Assembly (NCBI GenBank): GCA_002383695.1
Contig: DFZX01000090.1
Coordinates: 13,139-77,138, forward strand
DNA: 64,000 nt
Direction: 5' to 3'
From: Bacillales bacterium UBA4045
GTDB lineage: Bacteria > Bacillota > Bacilli > Paenibacillales > UBA4045
The notes under the pieces are model-generated. The model saw only the letters and a program-made list of their open reading frames with translations. It did no database searches and was not told the origin of the DNA. Below, piece by piece: positions 58,310 through 64,000 of this stretch (the stretch's first letter is position 1; each line of letters starts with the position of its first letter). Made by a program: the position numbers and the translations under genes.

Positions 58310-59269
58310 TTGAACATTATATTCATGGGTACACCGGAATTCGCAGTACCTTCACTCCGTATGTTAGTGGAGGAAGGCTACAATATTGTTGCTGTAGTCA
58401 CACAGCCAGACAGACCAAAGGGGCGTAAGAAGCTCATGACCCCCTCACCCGTGAAGGTGGAGGCCGAACGTCATCAGATTCCTGTGTATCAGCCACAACG
58501 CATGCGTGATCCAGCGGCTACCGACGTGATTGCTGCATATAAGCCAGATCTGATCGTAACTGCTGCATACGGGCAGATCCTGCCTAAATCCGTTCTTACA
58601 ATACCTCAATTAGGCTGTATTAATATCCACGGTTCACTTCTGCCTCTATATCGCGGCGGTGCACCTATTCAATATGCCATTATGAATGGTGAGTTGAAAA
58701 CAGGCATAACAATTATGTATATGGCTGAAGGTTTGGATACCGGTGATATGATCAGCAGCAATGAAATTTCGATCGAAGATGCAGATGATGCAGGGACGCT
58801 GTTTGATAAATTAAGCATCGTAGGCGCAAATTTGTTGAAGCAAACCTTACCCGATCTTATAGCAGGTCGATGTGCTGCTATTCCACAGAATGATCTTGAA
58901 GCTACTTATGCTCGAGTGATTAGTCGAGCGAATGAGCTAATAAACTGGTCGAATTCCAGCATTCAGATTTTCAATCACATTCGTGCACTTCGGCCTTGGC
59001 CGGGAGCCTACACGTTATGGAATAATGAGGTATTAAAGGTTTGGGCTTGTTTAAAGCCCGAAGATATCGTAAAGGATGATAATAAGGAATCGCATATGGA
59101 AGCTGGTATGGTAATCGGTTTATCTCCGGTAGGTATTGTCGTGGCTACAGGCGACGGTACAGTAACCATAACCGAGGTTCAGCCTGCTGGTAAGACTCGG
59201 ATGTCGGTCTCAGAATTTATGAAGAATGGTCGTTTGACGATCGGCACTGTGTTAAGCGGGGGTGTATGA
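58310..59269 (+). CDS. fmt: methionyl-tRNA formyltransferase
   Basis: TTG start just after the def stop. IIFMGTPEFAVPSL, NIHGSLLPLYRGGAPIQ. The ORF-track start at 58193 is an extension into def. Confidence 0.9.
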   Translation: MNIIFMGTPEFAVPSLRMLVEEGYNIVAVVTQPDRPKGRKKLMTPSPVKVEAERHQIPVYQPQRMRDPAATDVIAAYKPDLIVTAAYGQILPKSVLTIPQLGCINIHGSLLPLYRGGAPIQYAIMNGELKTGITIMYMAEGLDTGDMISSNEISIEDADDAGTLFDKLSIVGANLLKQTLPDLIAGRCAAIPQNDLEATYARVISRANELINWSNSSIQIFNHIRALRPWPGAYTLWNNEVLKVWACLKPEDIVKDDNKESHMEAGMVIGLSPVGIVVATGDGTVTITEVQPAGKTRMSVSEFMKNGRLTIGTVLSGGV

Positions 59270-60650
59270 ATTAGTGAAGGAAATAAAATCAACACAATTA
59301 ATACAATCCTCTCGGGAGTTAGCCATGGATGTGTTAGTTCGCGTCGAGCAGCAGCAAGCCTATAGTAATATTGCTCTAAATCAAGCATTACTAAGGGCAA
59401 ATCTAGCCCGTAGTGAAGCGGGATTAGTAACAGAGCTCGTATATGGCACCATACAGCGCTTGAATACGATTGATTTTTTACTTGCTCGTTTCTTAAGTAA
59501 GGGATTGGACAAGCTCGAGCCCTGGGTCAGAAACCTACTGCGGCTAAGCCTGTATCAAATTCATTATCTGGATCGAATACCCCCACATGCTGCAGTGAAT
59601 GAAGCAGTTAAGATTGCTGGACGGAAAGGACATAAAGGGATTTCCGGCATGGTCAATGCTGTCCTCCGCAATATGTTACGTCAACCTGAGAAGCTGCAAA
59701 TTCCAACAGAACTTCCTGTGGTGAAGTCCATAGCGCTTACTTACTCTCATCCAGAGTGGATTGTGCGACGCTGGATAGCTCAATTTGGTGAAGGTGAAAC
59801 AAGAGCCATCTGTGAATCGAATAATAAGCCTCCACATACGAGCATAAGAGTAAATACGATTCGAATAAGCTCCGAACAGTTTCTTGCCCTATTAGGGGAG
59901 AATGAATATACAGCTGAACCATCTGCCGTAGCACCTGATGGTATTGTTGTTGAGGGCGGGGGTAACATGGCTCTCTCCTCGTGGTATAAAGAAGGTCAAA
60001 TTTCCATTCAGGATGAGAGCTCGATGCTGGTAGCTAGAATTGTTGATCCGCAGCCGGGTATGAGGGTGTTGGATTGCTGTGCTGCACCTGGTGGGAAGAC
60101 CACACATATGGCTGAGCTTATGAATGATCAAGGCTCTATTATTGCCTATGATATTCATGAGCATAAGAAGCAGCTAATCGATGCTCAAGCTGAGCGATTA
60201 GGTATTCGAGCGATTGAAGCTAGAATTGGTGATGCTCGTATGCTAGGCAAAGAATATCTGGATCATACGTTTGATCGTATTCTATTAGATGCACCATGTT
60301 CGGGCCTCGGAGTGATTCGCCGCAAACCCGATCTAAAATGGGCTAAACAGGAAAGTGATATTGCAGAAATTCGAGAAATTCAAATTAGCATTCTGGACAA
60401 TATTCATCATTTACTCAAGCCAGACGGTATGCTTATCTATAGCACCTGTACCCTAGAATATGAAGAAAATCAAGCTGTGATTAGTGAATTTCTAGCCAAG
60501 CACCCAGATTTTGCACTGGATGTCTCGTTGAACGAGCAGTTTCCATTATTGACTCAAAGCTTAGTGGGGGAAGGCATGATACAAATTAAGCCCCATCAAT
60601 ATCAGTCGGATGGCTTCTTTATTGCCAGACTTCGCAAACAAGCCCTTTAA
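59262..60650 (+). CDS. rsmB: 16S rRNA (cytosine967-C5)-methyltransferase
   Basis: N-terminal NusB-like domain. SAM-MTase motifs DCCAAPGGKT, DAPCSGLG and YSTCT. Confidence 0.9.
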   Translation: MYELVKEIKSTQLIQSSRELAMDVLVRVEQQQAYSNIALNQALLRANLARSEAGLVTELVYGTIQRLNTIDFLLARFLSKGLDKLEPWVRNLLRLSLYQIHYLDRIPPHAAVNEAVKIAGRKGHKGISGMVNAVLRNMLRQPEKLQIPTELPVVKSIALTYSHPEWIVRRWIAQFGEGETRAICESNNKPPHTSIRVNTIRISSEQFLALLGENEYTAEPSAVAPDGIVVEGGGNMALSSWYKEGQISIQDESSMLVARIVDPQPGMRVLDCCAAPGGKTTHMAELMNDQGSIIAYDIHEHKKQLIDAQAERLGIRAIEARIGDARMLGKEYLDHTFDRILLDAPCSGLGVIRRKPDLKWAKQESDIAEIREIQISILDNIHHLLKPDGMLIYSTCTLEYEENQAVISEFLAKHPDFALDVSLNEQFPLLTQSLVGEGMIQIKPHQYQSDGFFIARLRKQAL

Positions 60651-60733
60651 AGCAGTGAAGCTAGTGTGATAAAATAGAACGGATAAGCCAGACTATAAGG
60701 TACGTATGTATACATGGAATGGACTGTGATGAG

Positions 60734-61795
60734 ATGAAACCTTTTATTTATGATTTAACATTAGAGCAGCTACAGGATTGGATGAAGACGAATGATCTTC
60801 CTAAATTCCGAGCGGGTCAAATATTTGATTGGCTGTATGTGAAACGAGTGAATCAATTCGAAGACATGACGAATCTTCCTAGAGAACTTCAAGAGAGATT
60901 AGCAGAACAATTTGAATTTGTGACGCTCAAGGAAATCACACGAATGGAGTCTTCAGATGGAACTGTGAAGTTCTTATTCGGACTCTATGACGACAACGCG
61001 ATTGAGACTGTGCTTATGAAGCATAACTATGGTAATAGCGTTTGTGTTACTACACAGGTTGGCTGTCGTGTTGGTTGTACGTTCTGTGCGTCTACGCTTG
61101 GTGGTTTGAAGCGCGATTTAACCCCTGGTGAGATTATTGCTCAGGTCGTGAAGTGTCAACAATTGCTTGACCCAACGAATGAACGAGTAAGTAGCATCGT
61201 CGTGATGGGGATTGGAGAGCCATTCGAGAATTATGATGCATTGATGAATTTCCTTAGGGTGATGATTCACGAGAAGGGTTTGAATATTGGTCAGCGTCAT
61301 ATAACAGTATCGACGAGTGGCATTGCCCCGAATATCTATCGATTTGCGGACGAGAACACGCAGATCAATTTGGCGATTTCTATCCATGCGCCGAATGATA
61401 AGTTGCGATCTAAGCTGATGCCGGTAAATCGACGTTTTCCATTCACCGAGGTTATGAAGGCGCTGAAGTATTATTGGGACAAGACTGGGCGTCGTATTAC
61501 CTTTGAATATGCATTAATTGGTGGAGTTAACGATCAACCCGAGCATGCAGAGGAGCTGGCGGATGTATTGAATGAGTCAGGGATACTATGTCATGTCAAC
61601 CTGATCCCAGTCAATTATGTACCGGAACGGAATTATGTGCAGACACCTAGAGAGCTAATCTTTCAGTTCCAGCGAATACTGGAGAATAAGAAAGTGAACG
61701 CAACTATACGCCGTGAGCAAGGCGCAGATATTGCCGCAGCATGCGGTCAGCTTCGAGCCAAGCACATGGAGTCGACTGAGGTGGAGCAAAGATGA
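60734..61795 (+). CDS. rlmN: 23S rRNA/tRNA (adenine-C2)-methyltransferase, radical SAM
   Basis: Start MKPFIYDL. Radical-SAM motif CRVGCTFC and C-terminal AACGQL. Confidence 0.92.
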   Translation: MKPFIYDLTLEQLQDWMKTNDLPKFRAGQIFDWLYVKRVNQFEDMTNLPRELQERLAEQFEFVTLKEITRMESSDGTVKFLFGLYDDNAIETVLMKHNYGNSVCVTTQVGCRVGCTFCASTLGGLKRDLTPGEIIAQVVKCQQLLDPTNERVSSIVVMGIGEPFENYDALMNFLRVMIHEKGLNIGQRHITVSTSGIAPNIYRFADENTQINLAISIHAPNDKLRSKLMPVNRRFPFTEVMKALKYYWDKTGRRITFEYALIGGVNDQPEHAEELADVLNESGILCHVNLIPVNYVPERNYVQTPRELIFQFQRILENKKVNATIRREQGADIAAACGQLRAKHMESTEVEQR

Positions 61796-62571
61796 GAACG
61801 GCCTATAAGACGGATATTGGCCGTATCCGATCGGTGAATGAGGATTGTGCTGCCGTTCGTACAGATTTGAATGGGATTACATTGGCATTATTAGCTGATG
61901 GAATGGGTGGTCACAAAGCTGGAGATGTTGCAAGCCAGATGACCATTGATGTGATGCAACGAGAATTAATTACAGTTCATCATGAGATGTCCCCCAAGCA
62001 ATGGGAAGAAGCGATGATTCGAGCCATTGATAGGGCAAATGCTGATGTCTACCATAAAGCTAATCAGAGCGCTGATTTTCTAGGCATGGGAACCACGTTA
62101 GTTATCGGTATAATGAGTAGCAACCGACTGTCTATTGCTCATATTGGGGATAGTCGCGCGTACTTGTTACACAAAGGCCAGCTTACTCGAATTACAGATG
62201 ATCATTCGCTAGTAAATGAATTATTAAAATCCGGTCAAATCAGTGAACAAGAAGCAAATCTTCATCCTAGACGGAATGTAATAACTAGAGCACTCGGTAC
62301 AGACCAGAGAATTGAAGCTGATATCAGTCATACCGAATGGTACCAAGGAGACATTGTTCTGTTATGCACAGATGGGCTGAGTAATTTATTATCTGAGTCT
62401 TCCATGATCGAGATTCTGAATATGGATTCATCTTTAGAAGGTAGAGCCGACCTTCTAATTGAACGTGCGCTTGAGGCTGGTGGGGAAGACAATGTGACGG
62501 TTGTATTGGTTTCTAATGATTCCAATGGACAGTCTCAAGGGGAAGGGGGACAAGTGAATGATCGGACGTGA
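61792..62571 (+). CDS. prpC: PP2C-family Ser/Thr phosphatase
   Basis: [18 protein letters not shown] and DGLSN motifs. ATGA overlap with rlmN. Confidence 0.92.
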   Translation: MRTAYKTDIGRIRSVNEDCAAVRTDLNGITLALLADGMGGHKAGDVASQMTIDVMQRELITVHHEMSPKQWEEAMIRAIDRANADVYHKANQSADFLGMGTTLVIGIMSSNRLSIAHIGDSRAYLLHKGQLTRITDDHSLVNELLKSGQISEQEANLHPRRNVITRALGTDQRIEADISHTEWYQGDIVLLCTDGLSNLLSESSMIEILNMDSSLEGRADLLIERALEAGGEDNVTVVLVSNDSNGQSQGEGGQVNDRT

Positions 62572-64000
62572 GCTGGGTAAACGATACGAAGTGATCGAAC
62601 GAGTAGGCGGTGGCGGAATGGCTATCGTATACAAAGCGCATGATACGCTGCTTAATCGCAAAGTAGCCGTGAAGGTATTACGCCAGCAATATACGAATGA
62701 TGATGATTTCATTCGCCGTTTCCGTCGCGAAGCACAGGCAGCAGCTTCATTATCTCATCCGAATATTGTAAGTATTTACGACGTAGGTCAAGATGACGAT
62801 GTCTACTATATCGTAATGGAATATATTGAAGGCTCTACGTTGAACGATAAGATCAAAGAAACTGCACCATTGCAGATTGAAGAAGCCGTACATATTGCAA
62901 GTCAAATATGTGATGCGCTGGATCATGCGCATCAGAATGAAATTATTCATCGTGATATTAAGCCACATAATATATTAATAGGTAAGAATGGTCGAATAAA
63001 GGTAACAGACTTCGGCATTGCACGTGCAACGGCATCTACGGATATTACACAGACAGGTGCAGTGCTTGGATCCGTTCATTATTTTTCCCCTGAGCATGCA
63101 AAGGGTGTTTCTCAAGGCGCCAAATCTGACATCTATTCCCTAGGGATTGTATTATATCAAATGTTAACTGGGAAGCTTCCCTTTATTGGAGAAAGTCCGA
63201 TTAGTGTTGCACTAAAGCATTTGCAAGAAAAGGTGGAGGAGCCTAGGAAGGTAAATCCGCTCATTCCACAGAGCGTTGAGAACATTATTCTTAAAGCGGT
63301 ACGCAAGGATCCAGAAGAAAGATATTTGAATGCGAAAGAAATGCACGAGGATCTAGAAAGCTGTCTTCTTCCTGATAGAAGGGTAGAGGCTAAAGCTTTG
63401 TTCGCTGCTACAGAGGATCATGATGATGAGCGTACTTTGATTATTCCCGCTGTCCGTCATGACCAACGGTTTCCAGATAAGCAGCAGAGACAGACCTTGG
63501 AAAGACAAGAATCGAAACGTTGGGATGATCTAGAGGAAGTTAAGAAAAATCGTGCTTGGATCAAGCCTTTAATTTGGATCGTATTGATCATCGGATTTCT
63601 ACTTGCGATGTGGTATGGTGTGATGTGGCTTAAGAATAAGCTGGAGGTTCCAGAGGCAATTGTACCGAATGTCGTAGGAATGACGTTAGAAAATGCTAAA
63701 GCTGAGATAACGAAAAAAAATCTAAAGGTTCTTGATCCCGAATATGAAATTAGTGATACTGTTGCAAAGGATGTAGTTATCTCTCAGGATAAAGATGCGG
63801 ATAGTACTGCAAGTGAAGGTACTTATATTAATTTAGTTGTTAGTAGTGGGCCAGAAATGGCTTTCATGGAGGATTATGTTGGCTTGAAATATAAGGAGGT
63901 CGAGCTAACTTTATCTGCGAAATATAAAGAAGCGGGTACTCAGGTCTCAAAGGTTGAAGAGAAAAGCGATGAAGATGAGGGTACGATTCTTAATCAAGTT
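62558..64000 (+). CDS. prkC: Ser/Thr protein kinase PrkC with PASTA domains (3' end outside the window)
   Basis: Hand translation from ATG 62558: [46 protein letters not shown] segment is followed by the first PASTA repeats. Open to the window end. Confidence 0.92.
   Translation, partial: MIGRELGKRYEVIERVGGGGMAIVYKAHDTLLNRKVAVKVLRQQYTNDDDFIRRFRREAQAAASLSHPNIVSIYDVGQDDDVYYIVMEYIEGSTLNDKIKETAPLQIEEAVHIASQICDALDHAHQNEIIHRDIKPHNILIGKNGRIKVTDFGIARATASTDITQTGAVLGSVHYFSPEHAKGVSQGAKSDIYSLGIVLYQMLTGKLPFIGESPISVALKHLQEKVEEPRKVNPLIPQSVENIILKAVRKDPEERYLNAKEMHEDLESCLLPDRRVEAKALFAATEDHDDERTLIIPAVRHDQRFPDKQQRQTLERQESKRWDDLEEVKKNRAWIKPLIWIVLIIGFLLAMWYGVMWLKNKLEVPEAIVPNVVGMTLENAKAEITKKNLKVLDPEYEISDTVAKDVVISQDKDADSTASEGTYINLVVSSGPEMAFMEDYVGLKYKEVELTLSAKYKEAGTQVSKVEEKSDEDEGTILNQV

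Noticed and set aside
1-64000. CRISPR arrays, rRNA/tRNA genes, IS elements, prophage or integrase genes
   Set aside because: Reading both strands, I found no regularly spaced direct repeats, no tRNA-like cloverleaf candidates in the intergenic regions, and no transposase, integrase or phage structural motifs. This is a manual scan, so small elements could have been missed.

Overview
This window reads as a low-GC Firmicute chromosome segment, Bacillales and probably Paenibacillaceae-like; the taxon is inferred from protein sequence style and synteny only. It is almost entirely tightly packed housekeeping genes. Four conserved clusters known from Bacillus subtilis are recognisable. (i) ccpA, acuC, acuA, acsA, a PBP1A gene, the tyrS T-box, tyrS, rpsD and a dgcP-like cyclase. 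(ii) ylaN followed by a SEDS/FtsW-like gene. (iii) A ylbB-like CBS gene through ylbF and ylbG. (iv) rqcH(yloA), yloB, then remA, gmk, rpoZ, coaBC, priA, def, fmt, rsmB, rlmN, prpC and prkC, with prkC running off the 3' end. Accessory material sits at the left end: GNAT and HAD genes, a decayed phosphoesterase, and a PTS operon. I saw no rRNA, tRNA, CRISPR array, IS transposase or prophage genes. The only clear mobile element is a group II intron with class-C-like features, parked just behind the ylaN terminator. I cannot demonstrate a novel multi-gene system from sequence alone. The best under-described candidates are listed below.
- A translationally coupled XPB-type helicase and a 614-aa partner that repeats the helicase N-terminal module (34.1-37.6 kb).
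- An 80-aa HPr-fold protein lacking the His15 segment.
- A ptsG-like EIICBA plus enzyme I operon with no ptsH, bracketed by a HAD phosphatase and a DJ-1/PfpI protein.
- A small three-way-junction-like RNA element that covers the ribosome-binding site of a lipoprotein gene downstream of the diguanylate cyclase.
All family names come from motif recognition and memory, not from searches. Start codons were adjusted by eye using Shine-Dalgarno spacing.
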